A stretch of 64,000 nt of DNA from Sphyrna mokarran (lineage: Eukaryota): positions 75,454,001-75,518,000 of the forward strand of contig JAGIQG010000005.1 in assembly GCA_024679065.1 (NCBI GenBank). The letters run 5' to 3'. Every line of letters begins with the position of its first letter. Position 1 is the first letter of the stretch. Positions 50,791 to 64,000 of this stretch are shown here, piece after piece. The notes under the pieces are model-generated. The model saw only the letters and a program-made list of their open reading frames with translations. It ran no database searches and was not told the origin of the DNA. Position numbers and translations under genes: made by a program.

Positions 50791-51829
50791 ACATCTGCCA
50801 TATACATGCCCCTCAGTCTGCCTGCTCAAATCACACTGAAGCATCTCTGCATCCTCCCACCCAATTTATCCTTAGGCTTACACCCTTTGCAACACCAATT
50901 ATAATTATCTTTTAATTTCTTTAGATGAACCACAAATGGATTTTATTGGAGTTTGTATTTTTGAATAGAATGTATTGCTGTTAACATTTGGAATTGTTGA
51001 ACACTGAATTGACTAAGGAGAAAATCTGCCATCCTTCCCTGATTTGGCTTACATGCGACTCCAGCTTAATAATGTATTTGACTATTAAATGGCCTAGGAT
51101 GCCACAGGCCAAATCAGTGACATACATAATGAATATAAAAAAATGCAGCACTTTATCTAAATGCACAATAAAAAAAGTACACAAGATCAAATCCATACTG
51201 CAGATACACGATCAGCTGGTGACGAAGGTTGGGAAATGAATACTCCAGAGTAAACAATCTTTCAAAAGACAGACAGAATGGAAGAGATGGTAACTGCCTT
51301 GATAAGGCCAATATTGAGGGAAAAAATTTTAATTCAGAAGTAGTATCAGTGTTGGCTGGGTGGAGACGAGGACGATGGAAATATTTTATAGGTTCCCCCT
51401 CCTCCCCCCAAACAATTCCATCAAACAGAGCATTAAGGAAGAAATAATGTAATAATTCTGGTCTGATCTGTAATGAAAGCTAATCAAATTGGTAAAGATA
51501 GTTTGGAAAATGACCGTGTAGAATGGTTTTGTGACAATTTCCTGGAACAAAGTGTTTTGCATCCATTCAGCATAAAGCTATTTAAATTGTGCACTGAAGC
51601 AGGGTTAGTTAATAACCATATAGTAAAAGATTAATCTGGCTGAAAATATCAATTTGAACTTTCAAAACAACCTTAATATTCTTGAGGGGAGAAGACTGAT
51701 TGGACAAATAGACTAAAAAGTATGCCTTTTGGTTCGGCAACTCTGGAGTGGAAGCTGCTCAAGCTGCAAACAATTCCCACAGACAAGTCTGACCAGACTG
51801 CATTGAATTCCACAAACTCCCACGTTACA

Positions 51830-52065
51830 GTCCATAGAACCATACAATTCCTAACCAGATTCACATTTACCATGGCTTATCCATCTAACCTACACATCTT
51901 GGGGCACTAAAGAGGCAATTTTACCATGGTCAAATATACCCAACTTGCACATTTTTGGACTGTGGGAGGATACTAGAGCACCTGGAGAAAGCCGATGCAG
52001 ACATGGGGAGAATGTCATCAAGGCTGAAACTAAACCCGGATCCCAAAGTATCAGCGCTAGCCACT
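51830..52065 (-). mobile_element. HE1/V-SINE, decayed
   Basis: gcacatttttggactgtgggaggatactagagcacctggagaaa (reverse V-domain). Confidence 0.75.
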
Positions 52066-53644
52066 GTCAGTCACCAGATGCCCTGCCAGATCTGTCCAAC
52101 CTTAAATTAGCCAGCTGCTATTTAGTAAATTAATAGCAAGTTGCAGACTTCTAGCTTGGAGACACTAACAGTTATTGAAGGCAGAAAAGCAGCTCTGCCT
52201 CTGTACTAAATTCCTGACTTAACACTCAGTTCACAAAGCGCTGTTTCCAGCGACTATGCTCACCATTACCTCGCCTTGTACGTCCTATTAAATCTATCAT
52301 TTCCATCCCACCAAATTCTATTTCATACTTTCAGCATCAAATTTAATCTGCCATGCATCTGCCCAATCCATCAAACTGTTTTCACTACCCTCACAATAGT
52401 CCCAATTTGTGTCATTTGCACGTTTTTTTATGTTATGCATATTCAAATCTTGTTATTAGTATACATCAAGAAATCAATGGTCTGGGTTCTGACACCTAGG
52501 GGAACATCACTGTTTAACTTCTTCCAATCCAAAAACAACTGCTTACTATCACACAAACTTTGCTGACTTCCAAAAGATAGAATATCACATTATACACCAA
52601 ATGAGCTGATAAACTCCTGAAAGTAGTAGCTGGCAGACAAGAGAAACAAAAAGAATAATATATTTGACTTTGTCTTCAGTCTATTTGTTGCAAATGCATC
52701 TGAAGAATTGAGTGACCACAGGGCATCTTCCATTATAGCATGAAAAAACTGCCATACTATTAGGTGGGATAGAAAGGAAATGGATTTAGTGATTAAAAAT
52801 TAGGCATCCACAAAACATTGCAGACCAAGAGCAATAAACCATTTTACCACAATCTTATGGCCCAGCATAGTCCTCAATCTTCCAGCACCACTGAGCCAGA
52901 TAATACTGAAGCATTGAGCTCCTAGCACGAAGTGCACCCAAAAATGAAAGACTAAGCCACACTATTCTAACAACCAATATATTGATATTTGAATTTAAAT
53001 GGCACCTTTAAATATCCAAAGTACATCAAAGGATTGATCATGGAACTTTGACATCAAGAGGAAGTACCAGGAGTGACCAAAAGCCTGCTCAAAAAAGAGC
53101 AGCATTAAAGGACAAGGTTTTGACCTAATTAACCATAGAAAATTTCTGCTCATCCTACACAGTATTGTCAGTTAAGCAACAAGAAAGAACAGACACAGCA
53201 AAGGGTCAGGAGGGTTGCAAAGTGACAGCAAAGCCCAACACCTGAATACAAAAGGCGGGAGTGAAGGATTCACAAATATTTGCCAGAAATATTCAATGAA
53301 TAATCCCAGATGGATCCTGCGATACCCACCAGATACTAATGTTCAGCCAGCTCAATTCATTCTACATTGGCTGCACTGTATAAACTGTGATGGCAGCATC
53401 CTAGCTATATCAAAAACTTGTGCTCTAGCTAAGCTATTTTAATGCGGTTAAAGCATTAGCACTACCCAGCAGTAAGTGAAACTATTAGGTTCTCTTAGCC
53501 ACCAAAAAGACAAAATACAACATAGGTAATTCCCACCTATTCTTAGTAATCAAGAGAATCATGTGGATGGCACCTTCTATAGCACAAGTGCAACTTGCTG
53601 AAAACCCATACACAAATGTTCAGTTTGGTTCTGCGCAGTAACAT

Positions 53645-54020
53645 GTCTCAGAACACCAAATTAAAGTTTAATAGGTTTATTTGTTAGAACAAGCTTTCAG
53701 AGTGTCACTCCTCCTTCTGGTGAGTGAGGAACCGTGTTCACAAACAGGGCATATATAGACACAAACTCAAATTTACAAGATAATGATTGGAATGTGAGTC
53801 TTCAGAGGTAATCAAGTCTTAAAGATACAGATATTGAATGGAGCAAGGGTTAAGCAGAGGTTAAAGAGATGTGGATTGTCTTCTGCCAAGACTGAGATTT
53901 TGCAAGCCCAGGCAAGTCACGGGGTTAGATTGTGACATGAACCCAAGATCCCAATTGAGACTGTCCTCATGTGCAGAACTTGGCTTTCAGTTTCTACTCA
54001 ACAATTCTGCATTGCCAGGG
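53645..54020 (-). mobile_element. Penelope-like element 3' fragment (same family as 2176-3535)
   Basis: Collinear with 2178-2560 (aacacc..ttaaagt..tttatttg..gctttc..ggtgagtg..ttcacaaaca.. ctcatgtgcagaacttggct). Confidence 0.8.
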
Positions 54021-54526
54021 GAGACAGCCTCCGACCATCTTGAGTTTGGTTCTATCACGACAATGTGTATCCAGGCCCCACTGGAGTTTTCAAGCAGACA
54101 AGCTGAATTCTGGGGCAGGAAGAGAAGGTGACAGTAAATCGCTTTAATATCAAGTTAGTATATGACAAGATGTGACATGAAGGAGCTCCAATAAGATTGA
54201 AATCAAAGGTTTGGAGAAATTTTCTATGACTGAAATCATAGCCAGCAGAAAGAAATATGGTTGCCTCACACCTCAATAGCAAAGGATAGTTAATTAGGTC
54301 AAAAATCATCAACATACATTCACAAAGGATAATTCTTTAAAATGCCATTCCACTTCTAAATTTAGGTGCTGATGTGACAAATAGCAGGACTTAGTCATTT
54401 TTCACATAATCTAAGCATGCAAAGCATGCGTGGAAGCTCCAAGAAGTTCTCATAAAAACACATTTTTTCTGTCCCAAAAGCTAGGATGAAAGATGACATT
54501 CTTTCGACCAATATGCTACAACTTAC

Positions 54527-54710
54527 CAGTTTTGAAAATGACCAGGTGAAGGGAATCATCTCTGATGTAAGAGACTGCAGCAATGTCATGGATTGGAACT
54601 CTGAGGATAATTTCTTCTCCATCTCGCCATACAAGTTTAATATTGTATGCGGACACACTAATCACTGCATCTTGGTCTTGTGTTAGCGGCCCTGGGAGCT
54701 GATGTGCCCT
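54527..54710 (-). CDS. CCM2: CCM2 exon 4 (PTB domain)
   Basis: 184 nt, tcttttttag acceptor, CTG|gtaagt donor. Translates [61 protein letters not shown]. Confidence 0.98.
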
Positions 54711-54899
54711 CTAAAAAAGATACATCGCTTATTATTTGAAATAAATTTTTCAACATACCATTCTTATATCTGATAAGACAATTTAATCAAGCTACCAATG
54801 TCAGCAGCATGAAGTATAGTTAGTTCTCAATTTCATCAAGTAGTGAATGTAAGTTCAGTGTTACATACAGTAATGGTTTCAAAAAAACTTCAAGCTAAC

Positions 54900-55265
54900 T
54901 AATCAGCAACATTTCTTCAGTGCCTTACGCAACATCAAGATCTCCCAAAGCATTTCACTGCATAACTTGCATAATATAGGAACTACAATAACACACCAAA
55001 CAACAAGATCAAGTGACCACATCATATGTTAGTGATACTGATCAAGATTTAAAATGCCCACCACAACACTAGGAGAACCCCTTACTTTGACAAATAGGGT
55101 ATCTTTCATATCCATCCTAGTGGAAAGTTAGGACATTAGTTAGTAGCACTTCCAATAGAGCAATATGCTCTCAGTACTGTCGAAGCATCAATCAGGATCT
55201 CCACAGTAAAGCTTAAATCCATGGCCCGGCTCAAGAGGGCAAGTATGCAACTACTAACTGTCAGA
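54900..55265 (-). mobile_element. Deu-domain SINE (SacSINE1-like), decayed
   Basis: Reverse of tail, Deu core and tRNA-like head. Related pieces at ~24870-25010 (-) and ~63870-64000 (+). Confidence 0.55.
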
Positions 55266-55314
55266 CTCAAAGAACTCTCAAACTTTAAAAAATCTGAACC
55301 ACAGAAGTCAAATC

Positions 55315-55565
55315 AGAGTGGCATGGTGGCAAGCAATGCCAGGGAGAAAGTTTGACTTTTGCTTTGGGCAACTGTCTGTATGGAGTCTACACGTTCTCCT
55401 TGTGCCTGCACGGGTTTCCTCCAGGAAAGACATGTTGGTTAGGTACATTGAGGGTGAATTTTGCATGGCCAAAGTATCCGAGCAAGTGGTAGAGCGTGGT
55501 GACTAGGGGGATTTTCACAGTAATTTCATTTCAGTATTAGTGTAAGCCTACTGGTGACAATATGA
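55315..55565 (+). mobile_element. V-SINE variant
   Basis: ctgtctgtatggagtctacacgttctccttgtgcctgcacgggtttcctcc V-domain. Its tail (gactagggggattttcacagtaatttcatt...gtaagcctact) is shared with ~25310-25470. Confidence 0.75.
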
Positions 55566-56849
55566 TTTTAACCATTCTGGAGCAGAGATAAAGAAATAAA
55601 TTCAAAAAAGAGAGAATAAATTGACCACAGTGACTTAGGTTGAGCATCAAGGTGATGAATGGGAAATTTAAGGAAGCCTTTAGTATGAACCAAAAATTAG
55701 TAATTAGCCCATAAAAGTTCCACTGGTGGAGTTAAATAGCTTTGTTTTAACAGCATCAAAAGAAAAAGGCTTGCACAAAATGAAAAAAGTCAAACAGCAT
55801 TTTAAAGAAGTTAGGAATGGTGTGCACACAGTGGGCCTATTAAATATAAATGCACAATAATGTAGATAAAGCAATAAGAAAATGACATTTGCATCCATCA
55901 CAGGAGATAAAGTGAGCAAAATATCAGTAGTTTTGTTTACTGTTACATGGAGTAAATGATATAACAGACAACTCCAATACATGACAAGGTATGAAACAGG
56001 TGGGGAAATTTCATGCATTTTTCATAATTTTCCAAAGCCTCTCATTAGAATTTTACCTATGATAGCAAAAGTAAGGCATGACTCTACTGTTTAAGCAAGC
56101 AAAGAAAAACTACACAATTGTAAACTTTAGTTCAAGTGTCAGCTGTGTGAAATGAGTGACAGATTGACTTAAAGTCTTAGCTGATTACAGTCAGTGTAAA
56201 TGTGAAAGGCTACTCTAAACAGAATTATTTTTGAAGAGAGCATCACTGCTGTGGTCAGAGTTGGCATCTATAATGGACTTCTCACAACATATTACAGATG
56301 TGCAGATATGGAATTGGAAACAGCCTTGTGATAATCAGTAATTTGTTGGAAGCTGGGACAAAGTATGGACAAAAGGTACACATTCCAATCAAAACAGACA
56401 AGACATCAGCAGCTCACAATATAATGAAAACAATCCATAACTAACAGTCCAGGAAAGATGAGGGCAATGCATTAAGGTATAGATGCAGTGGCAGTACAGC
56501 CATCAAGTTGCAAGAGGGCAAAAAAGATCTAGTGATGCGATCCTCTCCTAGAAATGTTGATTAAATACAAAGCATTAGCAGAAACACAGCAAAGTTTAAA
56601 ACAACCATTCATCTTTCCAGCATTAAACCAGTTGGACAGGACTGTTGCAGCCCCACAGGAGTCTGAGAAATGCGTGGCCAGCTGAAGAAAATTCCAGACA
56701 ACTAGTGTTTCTGGATTTTGAAGTTCTAGACTGGGAGGTTGCATTGTACATACAGGATCAATTTTTCTTTCATTTTGAGCTTTTCCACCCTGGTCTTTGG
56801 TTTTTCTTAGGCTGAGGGCAAATATGCCCACTGCCCCTTGTACAGCATT

Positions 56850-57330
56850 ATATCACTAGTTTTGTATGTTATAGCAAATGGAAGTTATGCTTCAGTTGTA
56901 AAATGTATGGTCAGATCCTCAACTTGAGTACTTCATTCAGAAGGAAATACTGGTTGTAGATGGGATACAATACAGATTCAGCACAAGGCATTTAAGGATT
57001 GGCTTTCATCTCGTGCATTTATATGGTTGATGGATAATCTAAGTTGCTTTCAATTAAAGGAACTTTCAGAGAAACTATTTGCTCTGTGGAATTCTGAATA
57101 AGCAGGCACAATTTTAATCAGCACTTGTCCATTCAAGAGCGAAATCAGGTAGCACTCTTTCATACAAAAGAGTAATAGAAGTCAGGAATTCGCTCCCAAA
57201 AAAGGCTGTGAAAGTTAACTGAAATTTAGGGAGTTTTCAAAAAGTTAAATGTTTAAAGGATACAAAAAGGTGGTGTAAATGAATTTGAAGGAATAGATCA
57301 GCCAGATTAATTGAATAATGGCACTTCCTT
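56850..57330 (+). mobile_element. Old CR1 LINE 3' fragment
   Basis: Decayed ORF2 C-terminal region (gcaaatggaagttatgcttcagttgtaaaa...aacttgagtact...). Confidence 0.5.
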
Positions 57331-57872
57331 GAAGAATTGAGCAGGTCGCACCCGTTAGCTTTTTATGGGTGTTACCCAGGAGGGAAAGCACAAAGTGTTT
57401 TTAAATCTGGACAGCTATTCAGTGACTGTGGACACACCTGCATCTACTATGGCTGAGAGCAGCATAGAGCTAACTTCTAATGCACTTTGAGATTAGACAG
57501 CACAATGACACGAGATAAACGACAAAGTACAATACACTTATGGAACCACATCCCAGCAAAGTTAATACCTCAACAGATAAAGAATTATTAATAAAGTTCA
57601 TTAAGCAGTATGACAAACAAAGCTATTTCCAAATTAGTTTGCAATTTTTAAGTATATTTTAAACCAAGTGAAATTTAGTGTGGCTTTATCACCAGCATTC
57701 CATCTGCCGGTAAAAACATCACTATCCATCACGTGCAAATTTAAAACATAGCATCTTAGGCTAAATCATGACTCAACACGCGAGCACAAAATTCCAATCT
57801 TTGACTTTCTGTACCAGGCTCTATTCTTAAATAATCATACCAAGCATTACCCATTAATGTAGCATTACTCAC

Positions 57873-57956
57873 CCTTGCATTATCCAACAAGTGCAATATC
57901 TCAGTTCGACTGGATGGATTCAGGTATCCAGGCACCGAAGTGAGCTGCCCTAAATA
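57873..57956 (-). CDS. CCM2: CCM2 exon 3 (PTB domain)
   Basis: 84 nt, ttttatttcag acceptor, AGG|gtgagt donor. Translates [28 protein letters not shown]. Confidence 0.98.
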
Positions 57957-59653
57957 CTGAAAATAAAAAGGACTGTTAAATCTAGGCAATTAAAAAAAAA
58001 TCATAATTTGTTCAATGCAGGTAAATAAAATTCAAATCATGAAAGCATGAAAATGAATACTGAACAATCCAAGTAACATCTACAGACATTCAACAGCAAT
58101 TTTAACAGAAGACTACATATTCATTTATATTTGAAACACAAAAGGACATACATGGTATAACTTAAGCAATTTTACTTTTAGTAAGTTCTCAAATTTGATT
58201 ACTTGTTTCAAAAAAATGTTGACACCAAGACAGTCAACTTCCTGGTTTCCTAGATAGCTCTAAATACACTCTTGAAAACTGGGACATTTCAATCCAGATA
58301 TCACAATGGAGATAATGCATTCCTGAGGATGCGACCCAATCTTATGGATTGAACGTTCAGAATGACAGCAAACGTTTGAAAATAAGTGAAATGAACTACA
58401 CACAAAAAATTAAGATTAGATTACCTTTAGTACATATTGTTTCAGTGCCAAAACATACCAGGATGTTCCCCAGACCTGAAGAAATAATTCTAGGCAAAAT
58501 TCCTTTTAAAAGGTTTGCTTTAGCAATCAGATTTCAGAGGCCCCTTGCTGAATTATGTAATAATGTTCTGTATACTGAATTGTTGTAAAAAAAAAAGGAA
58601 CAAAAATAACTTAATTTTGGGATTAGAATCAGAGATGTCCTTGCATCTCTAATGCCCAAAAGTTGCAAAGTGAGCCAGGGTTTTGGGATCAGATTAAATA
58701 ATCAATGAAAAAGGACACTGCCTTGGCTGATAAGATATTAGGATTAGGAAATAAACAAAGGAAGGTTTAAGAAGGAAGGTAAATTAAATGCCAAAATCAG
58801 GTACAGGAAAACTACAGGGGACAGAAATACTGAATTGAGACAAAATTAAAAGTCAATTTTAAAATCTGACTTTTAAAGTCTTCCAGTACAATTTGACTGA
58901 ACACAATTTCAGTATCAGAGATTGATCTGCAATTAATATTTGTACATTAAGAAATGTACATTAAAAAATGGTACTCCTGTTCTAATACAGCAACTTAATG
59001 TGAGGCAAGATCAAAACGTCACTTTCACAGATCATGGGAGTATGGTGCAACTTGGACAGGAACGTGTGGATATTTTACATTTAACTGGACATCTGTCCCT
59101 CACCTGAAGTTGCTGCACCATTTATGCATAATAACAGAAAGCAACATTACCCTCACCATTATTTTGACAGCACGGTGGCTCACAATGTTAGAAAGCAACA
59201 ATGCTGAGTGACATGTGCAATGACTTATTTCAATATATCCAAGCATCTGGTGTGAAATTCAAACCAGGCCAATTTAATGCACTTCGGCATTTAAATAACT
59301 TCCAAAATATATTTTTAAACATTAAAAGATAACTACAGAACAGAATTTATATCTCATTTTATATCTGTACTTGTATGAGAGATCTTGCCTTTTACTATGG
59401 AAGAAAAAACATTTATGGAGCACCTGAGGTGGTCATTAAGTTGTTTTTAAATGTTATTTTTTTCCATGTTGCCTTGAGTTTTCACTTAGTCTCGCAGCTT
59501 TAGTAATGCAGGGGGTTTATCCATTCTTGGATTATGGATATCACTGACAAGGCCAGTATTTACAACCCATCCCCAATTGTCTGAGGTAGCAGTACTGAGC
59601 TGCACCTTGAATCACTGATGTAGTTACACCCATAGTGTTTCTCTTATGTTGGT

Positions 59654-59683
59654 GCGCGCGCGGGGGGGGGGGGGGGGGGGGGG
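59654..59683 (+). repeat. (GC)4 followed by G22 homopolymer
   Basis: gcgcgcgc at 59654-59661, then G run at 59662-59683. Confidence 0.9.
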
Positions 59684-59949
59684 ATATCTGATGGAATGTA
59701 TGTTGCCAATTTTTCTACAGACCAATCTCATGTTCAAAGCAAGGTGGCAACCAAGTGGGTTTCCAAGGTATGGGAACATTTGTGCTCATGAAATGCCTTA
59801 GACTGCATATCTATGGTGTTCATCAGGAAAAATACATTATAATATTTTCAGCTCAGTTGAGTCAAGCCAAAAAAGTGGATACTTCACCTCCAGCACCAAC
59901 ATTTTAAAGACATCCACAGGACAGCTTTGTTGAGAAGTTAAATTAGATA

Positions 59950-60245
59950 GAAGAATCATAGAATCTCTACACTGCAGGAGGATGCCATTCAACCCATTTA
60001 GTCTGCACTGACCACAACACCACCTAGACCCCTATTCCAGTAATCACATATTTACCTTGCGAATCCCCTGACATTAGGTTCAATTTAGCGTGGCCAATCA
60101 AAATAACCAGCACATCTTTGGACTGAGGGAAAACCAGAGCACCAAGAAACCCATGCAGACACAGGGAGAATATCATGAGGCTTTTGAACTCAGGTCCTTG
60201 TTACTGAGGGGTAGGCAGTGCTAACCATTGCTATCATGCTGCCCT
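59950..60245 (-). mobile_element. HE1/V-SINE
   Basis: Reverse tail (agaatcatagaatc...gccattcaacccat), V-domain and head (ggcagtgctaaccattg). Confidence 0.85.
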
Positions 60246-62358
60246 AGGCAAGTGCCCGAGTTGGAGTGGCTAGAAATTAGGGTAGACTTCATTGTCTGAT
60301 TTCCACTGAAAAAAATTAACATACCAAAAAATGTGTCTTGCACTCATCAGAACACTACACCAAAAATACCAATGCATAAGGGGAAAAACAACAGTATGAG
60401 AAGTTTGTGCTGATTTATTGGCAGAGCTGTTGCCATGGAAAATACAGCAGTTGACAGTTACCTGTTAACTAAAAGCATCATGCAAAATTTAAAATCAGAC
60501 ACCTCAACTCAACTGTCAAAGCACTGCCCTGAGAACAAGTCAGCAAATGACTGTCACTATTTAGTTGAAACAGGTGCAGTGGATATACATGTTTTTCTGC
60601 AAAGAACAAGGCCCTATGTATTAATAGATACAGCTTTCAGTACACAAGTGCTGCTGCACTGGATACTTTGGGCATTTAGGCCCACTCATGAATGATGTAC
60701 AGCATGAAATGATCTGATCAAAACATTATCCTACAGGGTGTCTTTTATACTATCTTGCTGCTGCAATAGGGTGCATGTTTAGCAAATTGCCAATTTAAAA
60801 ACCAACCTTTAAATAGGGCATAGGCTATGTAACACGTGGAACTTTAAGAATTCCAACGTGATAGACCTGTGAAAAGTAAGCCATGGTTTATAACACCTGG
60901 CAGATTTCTCAACTAGTAAATGTAAGAGAAGCTCATTTACTGTGCCATTATCAAAGTTGCTGTATAGAGGATTGGAGCCATTTGCTTACCATACAAGCTT
61001 GATGTTGATATGGTGCAAAGGTATCCTATCTTGAGCATAATTTTGCATGATTTATTATGCAAACTCATGAATGGGCCTATAGCCATTCACCTGCAGTCTT
61101 GAAAAGTGCCCAGTCTAATTCAGATTACCCAAGGCAAGCAATCTCAACTACTTTCAGCAGTAGATGAAGCTAGATATTTCATGCCACCAGTGTGCAGTAG
61201 CAACATGAGTGGTGTTTGTCATCAATAGCTATTGAGCCAAAGATATTTTACCTATTATACAAATGAGCAGCATGGCATATGAATTAATACAGGTGTAATA
61301 CCATGCATATCAACCAGATGTCCCAAAAGCTAGCCGATCATATCAAACAATGCACTAACAGCAAAGTACAGACCATACCTAACCAGGCTTTATTTATAAA
61401 ACTCAAGTGTCCAATATTAGTTGTGATTCAGTAATTGAACAACGTAATCTTCAGTGCTGAGTGTTAATCTGATAATTTAAGATTCAGTTGGGCACAGTAT
61501 GGTACATTAGTTTCTGGTGTACAGCAAAGTCAGTTCTTTACAGACAAAGAACATGCACAAACATTGCGCCTATTTAACCCTCTAAACCAGTGCCAATCAT
61601 GATGCTCTAGCTAAAACGTTAGGGTTAATTTCTCAGAACAATGCCTCGAACATGCAGGGTCAAGTTACCTTTCAAGTTAAAAGATTTCAAACAATGCTTG
61701 ACAGTTAACTTCAGGCAACAAAGAGTGCATTCTCCATGGCAATGCCTCTATCAGTTCACTTATCAACCATCACAGGTTGTTGCTTTTCTCTTAATATTGG
61801 TGTCCTGAGTGCACAATGAAAAATTTTGACACCTCTATCAGCAATGCTCAAGTTTTGTACTACCAAAACTACTTCATCCCTCAACTGCTATAAATACAGT
61901 GGGCAGCTCCCATGCTTTCCCCTGGAAACATCAGATGTACATTGCACAAAGAAAACATTTCCCTATCCTGAATGTGAACTCCAGGATTTGGGAAGAAGAA
62001 AACATTAAGGATGGACAGAAGTTCTGTCCCAGTGCACAAACACTGCTGGCAACTCAATTATGACTAAAAAAAATTTAAATTAATCACTGAATTATTCTGC
62101 AACAATTCCATTCCTTGGTAGGCATCAATAGAAGAACAGCAAGCCCCTCCCAAAAAAACAAGTCCATTCATACAATACAGTGCACACAAATAGAATGTGC
62201 AGAAACAATGAGCTGCATTAGTTAAAAGGCACCATGTGCAACAAAGGCATTTCAATTTATGGGTGTATGGTATAGATTTCTAAGTAGTACATAGTAGATT
62301 TAAGAGCACCAAATTATAAAGACAAGCATCAAGTAAAGCTTCAAATTTGCAGTTCTAC

Positions 62359-62535
62359 CTTTACTTCCTTTTCAATGTAATCATTCAAAAGAATTTCTGG
62401 GTCAACTTTGTGATCCGGCAAGGCCAGAGTAACTGTATGCAAGGGTCTTCGTTCTGTAACCTTCTCCTGTGCCTTCTTATCACGCCCCTTCTCTCCTTTC
62501 AGGAAAACACGCTTAAATGGTGACACGATTCCAGG
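62359..62535 (-). CDS. CCM2: CCM2 exon 2 (N-terminal region up to start of PTB domain)
   Basis: 177 nt, AG acceptor (ttttgtttgtag) and AAG|gtagaa donor. Translates [59 protein letters not shown], matching vertebrate CCM2. Phase 0/0. Confidence 0.97.
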
Positions 62536-64000
62536 CTACAAACAAAAGCATAGGAGCTGCAGTTAAACTTAAGCCTTGCAAAATCAATTGCCAAATGCAT
62601 TGCAAAAGGAGACTTAACATGAGGCTATCTGGCATTAAATCAGAAGCTAGTGGACTTCATTTTGTGTGGTGTCATAATACAATTGATTACAGTATCACTG
62701 AATATCAATTTAGTTTTAATGTGGCAAAAGAAAACAATGATATTTAGGTCCTTGGCAGCACAGCTATTTAATGACAATCAAGATTTGCACAGATTCTACT
62801 TTACTCCTGAACCCCGATATGTATTTTTTTTAAAAACCAAATGTGTTCGGTGTTATATCTGAAATTAAATTTGGTTTCCTCTTGAATCCATAAAATTCAC
62901 TTCCTTTTTTTTTAAAATACGTCCATGCCAAGAATTAAATCATTACCTAATTAAAACCCATGGACAGAAAATGAAGTGGAGCACAGCTCATATCTAGTAA
63001 TAGAAACAGAAAATTAAGAATTTTAGTATGAGTGTTGACTAGGCAGATGCTTCAGCCAGACACTTAATAGCTATGAAAATTGGAGATTAGTGCAAAATTC
63101 CTGAGGGAGGGGAGAAATTGAGATGTCTTTGAGAATCCTGGAATAGCAAAAAAGTCAAGGTGTGGCCAGGAACCAGACAGGAATGGTGAATTCTCCAGAC
63201 ATCATGAGGAAGCCAGGTGGAGAACAAATATACTGCAGCCATTTATATAATGGCAGAAAAGCCCATGGACACTGGATAAGCTGATATAGTAGCAGTACAA
63301 GAGAACAACAGCTAGAGAAGTAGAAGCATTTTTCCTTTTTATAAAGCAAAAAGTATGGCAAGAATGGTACAGTAATAGGGCATGATGAGAGCAGACAAGT
63401 CCTACTGGCTTGGTTTAATAGCACTTTCAACAGTGAGGGAGTTCAAAGCATTAAGCAGTTTACAATTTGGTAGAACCATCTAGGTGAAAATTAAAAATAG
63501 TGGAGAAGTTTGGTTATTAGGAATATAGTTTTAAAATATGTAGATTAAGATGTATTCAATATTGAGAGGGAACCTCAGGCAGGAAAACTGATTAGCATTC
63601 AGAACAATACAGCCAAGTGAACAACAAGTAAAACATATACTCACATAACTTACCAGACTTCAACTCATCAAGTTTCACCAAACTAAAAGCTGTCAATTCA
63701 AACTGTTAAGATTCTTCCATCCATCAGTATCAGGCTACTTCAGCATGCTTTTTACCAGCTACTCAATTTGTGGAACAGTCTCTCAGGCCATCTGTCTGGT
63801 TGCCTAATTCTCAGTGACAATTTTGAACTCTTACTGAATTCTATCAATTACTGAAGGTGATGCTCTAATGTTCTAGGCTGACATTCCAGTATTTTAGGGA
63901 ATGCTACACTGTCTTTAAGGAGTAGTTTAATTAAAGTCTCATCTGCTCCCTCAGTATAAATCAAAGATATCATGAAGTTATTCAAAGAAGGATTTCTAAC

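Noticed and set aside
62536-64000. CCM2 exon 1 and promoter; strong donor CTG|gtaagt near 63650 on minus
   Set aside because: The phase-0 frame has a stop just upstream, there is no MEE..KK-like start and no CpG island. Exon 1 is probably outside the window.
1-64000. CRISPR arrays, operons or prokaryotic defence systems
   Set aside because: The sequence is eukaryotic (spliced gene, vertebrate LINEs and SINEs) and shows no regularly spaced repeat-spacer array.

Overview
AT-rich, repeat-dense vertebrate genomic DNA. The repeat content (HE1/V-SINEs, HER1/CR1 LINEs, Deu-domain SINEs, Penelope-like and Harbinger elements) points to a cartilaginous fish, probably a shark. The right half holds exons 2-10 of CCM2 (malcavernin) on the minus strand. 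These nine GT-AG exons are phase-consistent and total 1314 nt (437 aa plus stop), followed by a ~3 kb 3' UTR ending near an AATAAA at 27947-27952. Exon 1 lies beyond the window. The left ~27 kb has no recognisable intact gene and is mostly decayed transposons. The most unusual structures are: (i) a set of small Penelope-derived elements carrying minimal hammerhead-ribozyme motifs, including a mirror-symmetric double insertion at 23704-24260 with two abutting 12-bp duplications and a retrozyme-like direct-repeat element at 22230-23245; and (ii) a ~310-bp-arm inverted duplication at 16212-16947 with a templated-insertion scar. Repeat boundaries were estimated by eye. Comparisons to human CCM2 and to repeat consensus sequences are from memory, not from a database search.
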